A stretch of 64,000 bases of DNA, taken from the NCBI GenBank assembly GCA_963715195.1, contig CAVQRT010000014.1, forward strand, positions 30,333 through 94,332. The letters are read 5' to 3'. The position numbers and the translations under genes were made by a program. This stretch comes from Thermodesulfovibrionales bacterium. Its GTDB lineage: Bacteria > Nitrospirota > Thermodesulfovibrionia > Thermodesulfovibrionales > SM23-35. Positions 20,268-30,598 of this stretch are shown in pieces; position 1 is the first letter of the stretch; the number at the start of each line of letters is the position of its first letter. Below the pieces are notes generated by a model. It saw nothing but the letters and a program-made list of their open reading frames with translations, made no database searches and had not been told where the DNA came from.

Positions 20268-20875
20268 TGCTTTTTTACAAACTCTCCGAAATTCTTTAAA
20301 ACCCTCAGACCCGTTTCCTGGCTCTTTTCGGGATGGAACTGGGTTGCAATGATGTTTTCTTTCCAGACCATGGATACAAATGTTCCTCCATAATCGGTTG
20401 TCGCTGCTATTACGTCGTTATCGAGCGGTACCACATAAAAAGAATGAACAAAGTAAAAGAATGATTCATCGGGGATCTCTTCAAAGATTGGGGGCTTCCT
20501 GACCATCTTCACGTTGTTCCATCCCATGTGAGGCACCTTGAGGCCGGTCTGAAATTTCACGACCCGTCCCGGGAATACGTCAAGACCCTTGCAAATCCCG
20601 AACTCCTCTGATTCGCTGAACAGCACCTGCAGTCCAAGGCAGATGCCGAGAAACGGCTTCCCTTTCCGGATCGATCTTACAACAGGTTCTGTCAGTGACA
20701 TCTGCTCGAGGTTTTTCATGCAGTCCCGAAAGGCACCGACGCCGGGAAGGACAAGCGCCTGTGCATCGTCGATTGCCCTGGGGGCTGTAACCACTCCCGC
20801 ATCAATCCCCGCTTTCTGGAATCCTTTCTCAACGCTCCGCAGGTTGCCCATCCCATAATCGATAATCGCAATCAT
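20264..20875 (-). CDS. hisH: imidazole glycerol phosphate synthase glutaminase subunit
   Basis: IIDYGMGNLRSV, PGVGAF, GICLG, QFHPEKS. Confidence 0.97.
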   Translation of the reverse strand: MIAIIDYGMGNLRSVEKGFQKAGIDAGVVTAPRAIDDAQALVLPGVGAFRDCMKNLEQMSLTEPVVRSIRKGKPFLGICLGLQVLFSESEEFGICKGLDVFPGRVVKFQTGLKVPHMGWNNVKMVRKPPIFEEIPDESFFYFVHSFYVVPLDNDVIAATTDYGGTFVSMVWKENIIATQFHPEKSQETGLRVLKNFGEFVKKH

Positions 20876-21183
20876 GGGATTATTATACATCGATCCGGGG
20901 ATTTGAGGACGCAGGGACCCGGGATACAACTGGTTGTGAGAAATAGGCCTGAATGATATAGTTTCATTGATCTTTTCACTCGAACCCTTCCAAATCATTG
21001 CCTGCCTTTATTGACACGCAGCCTGGCGGATGTGTTCAGGCAGCAGGGCGGGAAACATTTTCTCTCTGTAAGCCCGGTTGAAAGCCCTTACACAGAAACA
21101 ACGAGACTCTTTTTACACTGTCTTGAAGCAGGCCTGAGAACGATTTTTACCAAGTCGCGAAAGATTACGGAACTGATCTATTC

Positions 21184-21600
21184 ATGGGCAATCGACCGCG
21201 CACCGGAACTGAGGGTCTCTGGATACCGATTGATGAAAGCACGCAATCAGTCCTGCAATCACATGGATGCGACCTTGCCGGGAGCTTTCATGCGGTTGAG
21301 CACACGGCGATAGCATGCATTCCGCTCTTTGCCCTCTGCGACAGGGGGGATATCGGAGGATTAAGTTATCCTCTGTACCCTCAGTTTAAAAAACCTGCGA
21401 TCTTTCTGTACGATGGCCACGAAGGCGGCATAAGGGCTCACAAGAAGGGCATTGGCTGTGCTCGTTGACTGGTTCAGCACAACACTCAGGGTTATCGAAG
21501 AATGCCCCTGTGCCGATGGATGGTCGTCATGCGTGCAGGATCCGCAATGCGGTTCAGGCAACCTCCCCTCGATAAGGAAGGGGCAAAAATACTTCTCAGG
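21184..21600 (+). pseudogene. remnant of the DUF1998 C-terminal domain of an Hrq/YprA/MrfA-type helicase
   Basis: Split across frames: HAVEH..IACIPLFALCDRGDIGG..IFLYDGHEGG, then IEECPCADGWSSCVQDPQCGSGN; no helicase core. Confidence 0.75.
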
Positions 21601-21639
21601 AGATGGCTTGGAGGAATTCCATATTGCGAATGATAATCT

Positions 21640-22557
21640 CTAATCAGTTTTTAACAGTACCTCTATTTTTGCCTTTGATCTGAGACTCTCAGTCCATTTT
21701 TCCCTCAATTCCTTTGCCCGTTCTGCCTCAAGCTCCCGCCGGAGGTTTTCCCGGGTCTCCTCGAAGGTCATCTGGTGCTCGGGTATTTTATCATCGACCT
21801 TGATGATGAAGTAGTTCGTCTCGGCTTTGATAATGTCGCTCACCTCTCCAGCCTTCAGCTTGAATGCTACCTCATCAATTTCAGGGAGCATTCTCCCTTT
21901 ATGGATATATCCGATGTCGCCGCCTTTTACCCGGTAACTGTCTTCCGATAAATTGGATGCCAGTTCACCAAAGTCATCTCCATCCTTCAGCTTTGCAAGG
22001 ATATCCTTGGCTTTTTGCTCGTCTTTGGTGGAGATGATCCTGAGTTTCACCTTTTCCGGCTCTTTAAATTTAGCAGTATTTTCCTCGTAGTATGCTCTCA
22101 ACGCAGATTCGCTTATCTCGGCCTTCTCGGTTACGTTCCTGGTGTAGGCAGCCTGGGCGAGCAATTCCCTCTCAATGCGTGTTCGTACCTGTGCTTCTGT
22201 GGCCTTTTCTCTTTCAAGGGCTTTTTGATATTCCTCTTCGGATCTGAACCGTTTCTTAAATTTCTCAATCTGAGCATCGATTTTTTCTTTTTCTATTTTG
22301 ATATTCTGTGCCTTTGCATCCTGATACTGGAGCTCTCTGTTTATAATCTCATCAAGGGCTTTCCCGTAGTATAACTTCCGTTTTTCCGGAGGCACATTCC
22401 GGTGAAACGTCATCCGGGGGATGAGCCTGTCAACCTCTTCCTCAAGGTCTTTCTGGGTGAAAACAACGCCGTTTACTTTGGCGACGATTGCATCCTCAGC
22501 ATACGAGGAAACGGTAAAGAGCGCGATCATGAGCAATGACAGGAATATTTTCAGCAT
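21640..22557 (-). CDS. PpiC/PrsA-type peptidyl-prolyl isomerase
   Basis: Signal peptide, VAKVNG, FGELASNLSED..KGGDIG rotamase motif; AGGAG RBS. Confidence 0.9.
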   Translation of the reverse strand: MLKIFLSLLMIALFTVSSYAEDAIVAKVNGVVFTQKDLEEEVDRLIPRMTFHRNVPPEKRKLYYGKALDEIINRELQYQDAKAQNIKIEKEKIDAQIEKFKKRFRSEEEYQKALEREKATEAQVRTRIERELLAQAAYTRNVTEKAEISESALRAYYEENTAKFKEPEKVKLRIISTKDEQKAKDILAKLKDGDDFGELASNLSEDSYRVKGGDIGYIHKGRMLPEIDEVAFKLKAGEVSDIIKAETNYFIIKVDDKIPEHQMTFEETRENLRRELEAERAKELREKWTESLRSKAKIEVLLKTD

Positions 22558-22640
22558 GGTTATCTCCTTTTCTCTTTCTTTTATATTGCTTGAAAGAAAG
22601 GACAACATGCAAGAAGAAAGCGGCTGCCCCGTGAGAAAAT

Positions 22641-23240
22641 TTATGATGCATATACCGAAAGGTATATATCTTCCTGTATGTGCCTCAGGGTCAGGGCGGG
22701 AGAGATTTCGGTTAAGGCGAATGTCAATATTGCTTCGGGTTTCACATAGAATAATTCCACATTCCTCCGGGGTACATAGTAAGTGAGAAAGTTCGCATGG
22801 AGGGATTCCCTGCACAAGAGGAACAGTTTTTTCAGTAAGCGCTTCGCGGATTCTTCGATTCCGGCTATTCTAAAATTGAATACCCCGATTGCGATGATCA
22901 CATCAAAGCGGAGATCAAGTGACTCCTCATCGATATCCATGGCGATGAACCGTGTCCGGGGGTATTTCTGCCGGGCGAGCGTTATGAGGTTTTCATTGAC
23001 ATCAATCCCCCAGTATGAAACAGAAATGCCATGATCCCTGAGAAACCCGTAAAAATCTCCTTTCCCGCATCCAAAATCAAGGATAGTCTTGCCCGAGAGG
23101 TCGCCTGTTATCGTGAGGAAGGTTTTATACCTTCTCATTTGTCCTTCGGGCGTCCACCGGACAGCCTGTGGAGTATCACCAAAGTCTCTCAGGTGCCGGT
23201 TAAAGAAATTGAGAAGTTCCTGTTTGCCGAGCGGGTCCAT
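22641..23240 (-). CDS. class I SAM-dependent methyltransferase
   Basis: ILDFGCGKG, YWGIDVN. Confidence 0.85.
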   Translation of the reverse strand: MDPLGKQELLNFFNRHLRDFGDTPQAVRWTPEGQMRRYKTFLTITGDLSGKTILDFGCGKGDFYGFLRDHGISVSYWGIDVNENLITLARQKYPRTRFIAMDIDEESLDLRFDVIIAIGVFNFRIAGIEESAKRLLKKLFLLCRESLHANFLTYYVPRRNVELFYVKPEAILTFALTEISPALTLRHIQEDIYLSVYAS

Positions 23241-23332
23241 GGATATGTTTTCATAGTACCATAGATGGATAATTCGGTTTGTTCTGTGGTAGAGTTCAAG
23301 AATAGAAGAATACTGAAAACGGGAAAGCACTT

Positions 23333-23686
23333 ATGGAAGAGATCAGGTACAAGGAATACTCTGAAGAGGAATCTCATATTTATCATGAGACGTTGCAGAA
23401 AATCCTGGAAGGTTTGACTAAAGGACTGCCATTCCACGAAGCATGCAGCGCCGTTGAGTTACCCGACAAGAAACTCAGGGGGTTCATCGAAGATGATGCA
23501 TTGAAGATCATGATCGCAGATATGCACTATACCAAAGGTATTTCGCTTGAGAAGATGGCTGAAAACCTTCAGGTGCATATTGATTTACTCCGGAAATCAA
23601 ATGCCGAGATGCTCGAAGATATCGGGATGACAGTTTCGGAAATATACAAGGCAAATAATCCGGACAGCACGGTCGGAAACGCATAG
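23333..23686 (+). CDS. hypothetical protein
   Basis: 117-aa ORF leading the Grx/FTR operon with a 8-nt gap. Confidence 0.7.
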   Translation: MEEIRYKEYSEEESHIYHETLQKILEGLTKGLPFHEACSAVELPDKKLRGFIEDDALKIMIADMHYTKGISLEKMAENLQVHIDLLRKSNAEMLEDIGMTVSEIYKANNPDSTVGNA

Positions 23687-23694
23687 GAGGAGAA

Positions 23695-23955
23695 ATGCCT
23701 GAACAGCGCAAGAAAGTCAGACTGTATTCGCTCAGCACCTGTGCGACCTGCAAAGAGGTGAGGAAGTTCCTGGAAAATCACGGCATACAATATGAACTGA
23801 CTGAAGTGGACCTGCTTGACAGTGGAGAACAGTGGCTCGCGTCCAAGGAAGTAAAGAGATATAATCCGCAGGCAACATATCCGACGCTCGTCATCGAAGA
23901 GGTTATCCTTGGACTCGATGCAGACGCCATGAAGAAAGCTCTGGAACTACCATGA
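23695..23955 (+). CDS. glutaredoxin/NrdH-like redoxin
   Basis: YSLSTCATC CxxC motif, TYPTL cis-Pro motif, AGGAGG RBS. Confidence 0.88.
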   Translation: MPEQRKKVRLYSLSTCATCKEVRKFLENHGIQYELTEVDLLDSGEQWLASKEVKRYNPQATYPTLVIEEVILGLDADAMKKALELP

Positions 23956-24275
23956 CGGCTGAACGGCTCTTCGAAATACTGGGGAAATACGCGGAGTCAC
24001 AGGGTATTGCACTCAACAAGGACAAAGACTTTGTTATGGAAATCCTCAGAGGGCTCCTTGCGAATGAATCAAGATACGGATACCGTTCCTGTCCCTGCCG
24101 TCTGGCGGCCGGAGTCAAGGAGAAAGACGCCGATATTATTTGCCCGTGTTTTTACCGGGATCCTGACATTAAAGAGTATGGAAGCTGCTACTGCCGTTTA
24201 TATGTCTCCAAAGACTGGAATGAAGAAAAAATCGAGCATGTCATCGTGCCGGAACGAAGACCGCGAAGAGATTGA
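23952..24275 (+). CDS. ferredoxin:thioredoxin reductase catalytic subunit-like protein
   Basis: YGYRSCPCR, ICPC and GSCYCRLY motifs. Confidence 0.9.
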   Translation: MTAERLFEILGKYAESQGIALNKDKDFVMEILRGLLANESRYGYRSCPCRLAAGVKEKDADIICPCFYRDPDIKEYGSCYCRLYVSKDWNEEKIEHVIVPERRPRRD

Positions 24276-24293
24276 GAAAGACGTCGGACGGGC

Positions 24294-24668
24294 ATGTTTT
24301 CTGCAAGCAATCTTCCCCTGAGCAGTTTGAAAAAGAACAGACATATCATCGATCATCTGCTCTGGGACTTTGAACCCAAACAATTGATGCAGCCGCGGTG
24401 CGGGAGAACCGGGGAAGGTTCAGAGTCCGCAACCCTTTCCGCGGGGTACATTTTGTATATTGAAACGATGGAAAAGCATCCCGGACTTTTTCTGATGGTC
24501 CAGAGCGCTTCCGGCTATGCCGAGACTTTTGCAAAGATCAGTGATGTGCCGGATGCTCTGCTCGCTGAGGCCATTCAGGAAAACCGGAACAGGGAATATT
24601 TTAAAATGTATCCAATCAACGAGAAGCTGAAAGAGTGGCTGAAAAAGGAATTGAGGATAACGGAGTGA
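24294..24668 (+). CDS. conserved hypothetical protein (DVU0772-like)
   Basis: LLWDFEP, GYILYIE and MYPINEKLKEWLKKEL resemble the DVU0772 family of sulfate reducers (from recall). Confidence 0.6.
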   Translation: MFSASNLPLSSLKKNRHIIDHLLWDFEPKQLMQPRCGRTGEGSESATLSAGYILYIETMEKHPGLFLMVQSASGYAETFAKISDVPDALLAEAIQENRNREYFKMYPINEKLKEWLKKELRITE

Positions 24669-26743
24669 ATAATTTGTTGAATGCGTCGTTGCTGTTCGAA
24701 ATCGGAACCGAGGACTTGCCTGCACGATTTATTTTTCCGGCTATCCAGCAGATGGAAGAGCAAGCCTCTGGAATCTTGCGCGAAATGCGCATTCCTTTCT
24801 CCGGGATCAAAACATACGGTACCCCGCGAAGGCTGGCGCTGATTGCAGAGGGGCTTCCCCGGTCGCAGGAAGACAGGACACGGGAAATTTTCGGGCCTTC
24901 ACGGAAAGCGGCATATGATGCGAACGGGCGCCCTACAAAGGCAGCGGTCGGGTTTGCCCAGTCTCAGGGGGTAAGCGTCGAACAACTTATTATAAAAAGC
25001 AAGGATAAAGGGGAATATGTCGCAGCGGTTCTGGAAGAGAAGGGTGGTCCTGTTATTGCGGTTCTCCCCGAGATCCTGAAGAGAATCGTGCTTTCTCTCC
25101 ATCTCCCGAAATCCATGAGATGGGCTGACGGGGATCTCCGGTTTGCCCGTCCAATACGTTGGTTGTTGGCCCTCTTTGATGACGAAACGGTCAGTTTTGA
25201 CATTGACGGAATCAGAAGCAGCAACACCACAATGGGGCACAGGTTCCTGTCTCCCGCGGCTTTCAAGCTCCAGAAAATTTCAGGATACAAGAGCATGCTC
25301 GCCAATAAACATGTTGTTGTCGATCAGGAGGAACGGAAGAAGATCATAGTGGATGCCATGGAAGTACTCCTTGGTTCCCTTGGTGAAAAACCCGTGCAGG
25401 ATGAGGAACTCCTTGAAACCGTTGTGAATCTGGTGGAGTATCCGGTCCCTGTGCTTGCAACGTTTCCTGCAGCGTATCTCGGCCTCCCCAGGGAACTGCT
25501 GATAACCGTTATGAAAGGCCATCAGAAATATTTTGCTGTCGAGAAAGCGGAGAGCACCATAACCAATCATTTTGTGGTCATTAGCAATACCAGTGAAGAG
25601 AATGCCGGTACGGTCCGGGTCGGTGCGGAACGGGTGATCAGAGCACGGTTTGAAGACGCCCGCTTTTATTTTGAGGAGGACCGGAAAGTTCCTCTCCACA
25701 CGAGGATGGAATATCTGAGAAAAGTAACCTTCCACGAGCGTCTTGGGAGCCTCTATGACAAGACTGAGCGGATTGTCTCGATTGCCGCATTTCTTGCAGG
25801 CCGGGTCTTTCCGGCTCTCAAGGAACATGTAGTTCGTGCTGCCCGGCTTGCGAAGACCGACCTTATTACCGGTGTTGTCAGGGAATTTCCTGAGCTCCAG
25901 GGAATTATGGGTAAATATTATGCACTGCATGACGGGGAATCAAAGGAAGTAGCGGATGCCCTCGAAGAGCAGTACCTACCGGCATATTCCGGCGGAGCAC
26001 TTCCGAGAACGGATGCCGGAGCGCTCCTCAGCATTGCTGACAAGATTGATACCGTCGCCGGTTTTTTCTCCATAGGAATTATGCCGACCGGGTCTGAAGA
26101 CCCTTTTGCATTGCGCCGGCAGGCCCTTGGCATTATTGCAATCATGATGGACAAATCGATTGATGTGCCAGTGCAAGACCTTGTTGACAAGGCATTCGGT
26201 ACCTTGCCTCATGGTGAGAGCATTGATGTAATGAAAGAGCAAATGCTACGGTTTGTTCGGAACAGAGTGGAGGCAGTCTTGTCAGATCTTGGTTACAGTT
26301 CTGATTTCGTACAGTCTGCACTTCCGGTATGCCTTCGTATTCCACTGTTTGCTGTCAGGGAAAGACTCGATGCCCTGAAGAGGTGCAGGGATCATCCTGC
26401 ATATTGTGATTTCCTGGTTGCCATGAAGCGGGTGAACAACATTATTCCGAAATCACCCATGCCTTCGGTTAGACCGGAACTACTTCTCGAAGAACAGGAA
26501 ATCAGTCTCAGTGCGAAGCTTAATTCCATGCGCGGTGAGATTGAGAGTCTGGTAGACAACAAACGGTATGATGATGCTGTTATCCTGCTTTTTTCGCTGA
26601 CGGAAGCTGTCAACCGGTTTTTTGATCATATCCTCGTCATGGACAAACGGGAGGAAATAAAGCAGAACAGGCTTTCACTGCTGCAGGATATCTGGCAGAC
26701 GGTTTCCGCTCTCGCTGATTTTTCAAAGCTTTCATCGAATTAG
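24665..26743 (+). CDS. glyS: glycine--tRNA ligase beta subunit
   Basis: LLFEIGTEDLP, TPRRL, EFPELQGIMG, GSEDPFALRR. Confidence 0.97.
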   Translation: MNNLLNASLLFEIGTEDLPARFIFPAIQQMEEQASGILREMRIPFSGIKTYGTPRRLALIAEGLPRSQEDRTREIFGPSRKAAYDANGRPTKAAVGFAQSQGVSVEQLIIKSKDKGEYVAAVLEEKGGPVIAVLPEILKRIVLSLHLPKSMRWADGDLRFARPIRWLLALFDDETVSFDIDGIRSSNTTMGHRFLSPAAFKLQKISGYKSMLANKHVVVDQEERKKIIVDAMEVLLGSLGEKPVQDEELLETVVNLVEYPVPVLATFPAAYLGLPRELLITVMKGHQKYFAVEKAESTITNHFVVISNTSEENAGTVRVGAERVIRARFEDARFYFEEDRKVPLHTRMEYLRKVTFHERLGSLYDKTERIVSIAAFLAGRVFPALKEHVVRAARLAKTDLITGVVREFPELQGIMGKYYALHDGESKEVADALEEQYLPAYSGGALPRTDAGALLSIADKIDTVAGFFSIGIMPTGSEDPFALRRQALGIIAIMMDKSIDVPVQDLVDKAFGTLPHGESIDVMKEQMLRFVRNRVEAVLSDLGYSSDFVQSALPVCLRIPLFAVRERLDALKRCRDHPAYCDFLVAMKRVNNIIPKSPMPSVRPELLLEEQEISLSAKLNSMRGEIESLVDNKRYDDAVILLFSLTEAVNRFFDHILVMDKREEIKQNRLSLLQDIWQTVSALADFSKLSSN

Positions 26744-26965
26744 TCCGCATAATCTATAAACTTGACAGGTTAACCCAAGACGTGCGGACATTCTTCGAAA
26801 AATTGTGTAAGTCGATGATTTGATTGAAATATCTCTTGTCTCTGTTTAGACAAAAATATTCTTAAAACTATCAGTTCAAGGTACACTGTGGCGTCGGAAA
26901 ATACTGTTTCTCTCAAAATGAGTACCTTTCGAATACATTCTTCAGATTAACGGGTACAATAAACA

Positions 26966-28168
26966 GTGGCCAATGCTCTGCGGTTTGCAGCATTACAGAA
27001 CAGGGATTTCAGGCTCTTCTGGTTCGGTCAGCTTATCTCGCTCTCCGGAACCTGGATGCAGTCTGTTGCCCAGGGCTGGCTGGTGTACAGTCTCACAAAA
27101 TCACCGTTCTATCTCGGTCTGGTTGCGGCAAGCGGTACCCTGCCGATCCTGCTCTTTACCCTTGCGGGGGGCATTGTGGCAGACAGATTCCGGAAGAGAA
27201 ATCTGCTCATCCTGACACAGGCTTTATCGATCGTCCCCGCGCTTGCACTCGGAATACTGACGAATATCCATGTGATCGCGGTCTGGCAGGTTGCCTTGTT
27301 TGCAGCAGTTCTCGGCACCGTCAACGCATTTGATGTTCCTGCACGGCAATCATTTATTGTCGAGATGGTGGGAAGAACTCATCTCACGAATGCTATTGCC
27401 CTGAATTCTGCTGCCTTTCATGGCGCGCGCATGGTTGGTCCGGTTATCGCCGGGATTGCAATAGCTTCCGTGGGGCTCTCCGCATGTTTTTATTTGAATG
27501 CCCTTAGCTTCGTTGCTGTTATTATAGCCCTCTCAAAGGTTCGCGCGCGGGGCGAAATCCATGAAAAATCGAACGGCATGGTAAACGATCTCCTCGATGG
27601 CCTGCGCTATATCAGGGGGCAATCCGCAATCTTTCAGATCATCATCCTTATCGCGATATTCAGTCTCCTCGGCATGCCGTTCATGACACTGCTTCCTGTT
27701 TTCGCAGCGGAGGTATTTCACAAGGGACCGGAGGGGTTTGGAATTATGGTGGGTGCAACAGGGGCGGGTGCCCTGCTGGCAGCATTATTCATTGCGTGGA
27801 GAGATGACATCGTTGAAAAAACGAGGTTCATGGCTGTCTCTGCTCTCTGTTTTTCTCTTCTGCTCCTCGTTTTTTCGTTCATACATCATTTTTCAATCGG
27901 TATCGCCATATTGGTATGCATAGGATGGAGTCTGGTGAGTTTTTTTGCGGTCGCAAACAGCTATATCCAGCTCTCTGTCCCGGATAACCTGAGAGGACGC
28001 GCGATGAGTGTTTATGCATTCGTATTTCTTGGCACAGCTCCCATAGGGAATTCAATCATCGGTGCGGCAGCAAATGCTGCCGGCACCGCTCTCACGGTCG
28101 GCGTGATAGCAGTTGTGTGCCTTATAACCTCCATGGTATTCTGTAGAAAAATCTGTAAAAGCCGGTAA
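26966..28168 (+). CDS. MFS transporter (DUF894/DHA3-like)
   Basis: RDFRLFWFGQLISLSGTWMQ, GGIVADRF; about 12 hydrophobic segments. Confidence 0.9.
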   Translation: MANALRFAALQNRDFRLFWFGQLISLSGTWMQSVAQGWLVYSLTKSPFYLGLVAASGTLPILLFTLAGGIVADRFRKRNLLILTQALSIVPALALGILTNIHVIAVWQVALFAAVLGTVNAFDVPARQSFIVEMVGRTHLTNAIALNSAAFHGARMVGPVIAGIAIASVGLSACFYLNALSFVAVIIALSKVRARGEIHEKSNGMVNDLLDGLRYIRGQSAIFQIIILIAIFSLLGMPFMTLLPVFAAEVFHKGPEGFGIMVGATGAGALLAALFIAWRDDIVEKTRFMAVSALCFSLLLLVFSFIHHFSIGIAILVCIGWSLVSFFAVANSYIQLSVPDNLRGRAMSVYAFVFLGTAPIGNSIIGAAANAAGTALTVGVIAVVCLITSMVFCRKICKSR

Positions 28169-28180
28169 TATATTGACTGC

Positions 28181-28888
28181 ATGATAATCCTTGCGGTAGA
28201 GACTTCCACATTGCTTGGAGGGATCGCGATCCTTCATGACACATCGGGCGTGATTGCTGAAGGAAAACTCAATATACAAGCAACCCACTCCGAGAGGCTC
28301 ATGACAGAGATAGCCCATTTCATGGAAAAGACTTCATATCAGCTGAAAGATATTGATGCCTTTGCGGTGTCCATTGGCCCGGGGTCCTTTACCGGACTGA
28401 GAATTGGTTTGAGTACGGTGAAGGGTTTTTCATATGCAACAGGCAAACCGGTGGTTGCGGTGCCGTCGCTCGAAGCACTGGCGTGGAATTTTCCTTTCAG
28501 CCGGCATCCCGTCTGTACGATTTTCGATGCGAGGAAAAAAGAGGTCTATGCCGCGGTATTTCTGTGGGAAGGGGAGGGTTTCAAAAGAGTGGTGAATGAA
28601 ACGGCGGCAAAAGTGGAAAGATTGATGGAATACCTGGAGCAGGAGGAAGCATTGCTTGGAGAAAAGATACTTTTTACCGGCGAGGGAGCTCTTCTCTATC
28701 GGGAAGCGATAATCAGCAGACTGAGTGAAAAAGCGCTCTTCCCTCCGGTAGATAAGATGATCCCTTCGCCGGCCAATGTGGCATGCGTCGGCCTGCAGAA
28801 AGCATTGAGGGGAGAGTTTGCGGAGCCTGTCAGTCTCGTACCTTTCTACTTGCGAAAGTCTGAAGCAGAAATAAAAAAGCATGCCTGA
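28181..28888 (+). CDS. tsaB: t6A biosynthesis protein TsaB
   Basis: LAVETST, HSERL, GPGSFTGLRIG, DARKKEVY. Confidence 0.96.
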   Translation: MIILAVETSTLLGGIAILHDTSGVIAEGKLNIQATHSERLMTEIAHFMEKTSYQLKDIDAFAVSIGPGSFTGLRIGLSTVKGFSYATGKPVVAVPSLEALAWNFPFSRHPVCTIFDARKKEVYAAVFLWEGEGFKRVVNETAAKVERLMEYLEQEEALLGEKILFTGEGALLYREAIISRLSEKALFPPVDKMIPSPANVACVGLQKALRGEFAEPVSLVPFYLRKSEAEIKKHA

Positions 28889-29324
28889 ACTCATCATTCG
28901 TGACATGCAGGAGGGTGATATCCCTGCTATTATGGAAATAGAGCGTTCTTCTTTCACCACACCATGGTCGGATATCTCTTTTCTCAGCGAAATATATAAG
29001 AAAAACGGCATCTCGAGAATTGCCCTCTATGAGGAAAAACTCATCGGCTACATTTGTGTGAATTATGTGTTGCATGAGGCACATCTATTAAATCTTGCAG
29101 TGCATGAGGACTTCAGGAGACGTGGTGTCGGAACGATCTTGCTGAATGAAATCCTGAAAGAGCTGAAGAAGAAGGGATGTGTTTTTATGTATCTTGAGGT
29201 CAGGGTATCCAATGCCGGTGCACAGGGTTTTTACGAACAGTTCGAATTTTCGGCTGCAAGCAGAAGGAAGAAATATTATGCGAATCCGGACGAGGACGCT
29301 CTCCTCATGATGGGAAGGATTTGA
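28881..29324 (+). CDS. rimI: ribosomal-protein-alanine N-acetyltransferase
   Basis: NLAVHEDFRRRGVG, LEVRVSN, RKKYY..EDA; follows tsaB. Confidence 0.94.
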   Translation: MPELIIRDMQEGDIPAIMEIERSSFTTPWSDISFLSEIYKKNGISRIALYEEKLIGYICVNYVLHEAHLLNLAVHEDFRRRGVGTILLNEILKELKKKGCVFMYLEVRVSNAGAQGFYEQFEFSAASRRKKYYANPDEDALLMMGRI

Positions 29325-30332
29325 TTATGCCCAGACGCCCTCAAGGGTATATCCGCATTTGAAGCATCTCCCGTCCGCACAGTGCATCTTCATGATTTTG
29401 AACCCGAATCGCATGATCAGAAGCTGCTTGCAGTTCGGACAATACGTGCTCTCCCCTCCCTCGCCGGGAATATTCCCTTCATAAACATACCGCAGGCCTG
29501 CCTCATATCCGATCTCCCGGGCTCTCCTGAGCGTCTGCACGGGAGTTCTTGGCTTATCAGTCAATTTGTACGTGGGATAAAACTGTGTAACGTGCCACGG
29601 AATTGCTGGGTCAACTGACGTAACAAATTCTGCGATTTCCCGCAGGTCATGCTCTGAATCATTGTAATCCGGGATTATGAGTGTAGTGACCTCAACCCAG
29701 ACGCCGAGTTCCTTCATGAGACGGATCGTTTCTTTCACCGGATTCACCCGTGCTCCACACAGCTTTTTGTAGAAATCATCGTTGCCCTTCAGGTCGATAT
29801 TGTTGCCGTCGAGATAGGGAGCAATGACCCGGGTTGCTTCGGGAGATGTATACCCGTTGCTGACAAACACGTTTCTGATACCTTTCTCGTGTGCAAGCTT
29901 TGCACATTCATATGCAAATTCGAAGAAAATTGTCGGTTCTGTATAGGTATATGAGATGCTCTCGCAGCCGTTTTTTACTGCTGCCTCAACGATTCCCCCA
30001 GGGGTCATTTCATACCCGGCAATATCCTCGTGCTCCCTTGGGTATTGAGATATGGTGTTATTTTGACAGTGCTCACAGCGGAAATTGCAGCCCACGGTTG
30101 CGATCGAAAACGAGGTTGACGCAGGCAGGAAATGAAAGAGGGGCTTCTTTTCGATCGGGTCAACATTCATTGAGATCACCTTTCCATAGACAAGGCTGTA
30201 CAGGGTGCCACCCCTGTTTTCGCGCACAGCACAGATGCCTCTTTTGCCCTCTATAATGGTGCAGTGGTGAACGCACAGAAAGCACCTGACCTTCTTCTCG
30301 TCAAGTTTTTCGTAAAACATCGCTTCTTTCAT
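29325..30332 (-). CDS. amrS: AmmeMemoRadiSam system radical SAM enzyme
   Basis: DPIEKKPLFHF, GCNFRCEHCQN, YTYTEP. Confidence 0.92.
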   Translation of the reverse strand: MKEAMFYEKLDEKKVRCFLCVHHCTIIEGKRGICAVRENRGGTLYSLVYGKVISMNVDPIEKKPLFHFLPASTSFSIATVGCNFRCEHCQNNTISQYPREHEDIAGYEMTPGGIVEAAVKNGCESISYTYTEPTIFFEFAYECAKLAHEKGIRNVFVSNGYTSPEATRVIAPYLDGNNIDLKGNDDFYKKLCGARVNPVKETIRLMKELGVWVEVTTLIIPDYNDSEHDLREIAEFVTSVDPAIPWHVTQFYPTYKLTDKPRTPVQTLRRAREIGYEAGLRYVYEGNIPGEGGESTYCPNCKQLLIMRFGFKIMKMHCADGRCFKCGYTLEGVWA

Positions 30333-30598
30333 AAACTCATTATAGCAAGTAACGGTTTTTTAAAGCATGTGCCCCGGGACTTTTCTCCTGGGAAAGTTGA
30401 TGCCCCTTCTTACGTTCGATTGCATCTCATTTTGTACTGCTTAAGATGAAAATCAAGATATGAATATGAAAAATATTGCTTTCCATCCCCTAAGGGCATT
30501 TCTTCTCATAACCCTGAAGCAGATATCTTTGTTGCATATTCCCAGCAGCAATCAGTATCTTAAACTTATCAGACAATTTCCAGAAGGAGGTTAGCAGC

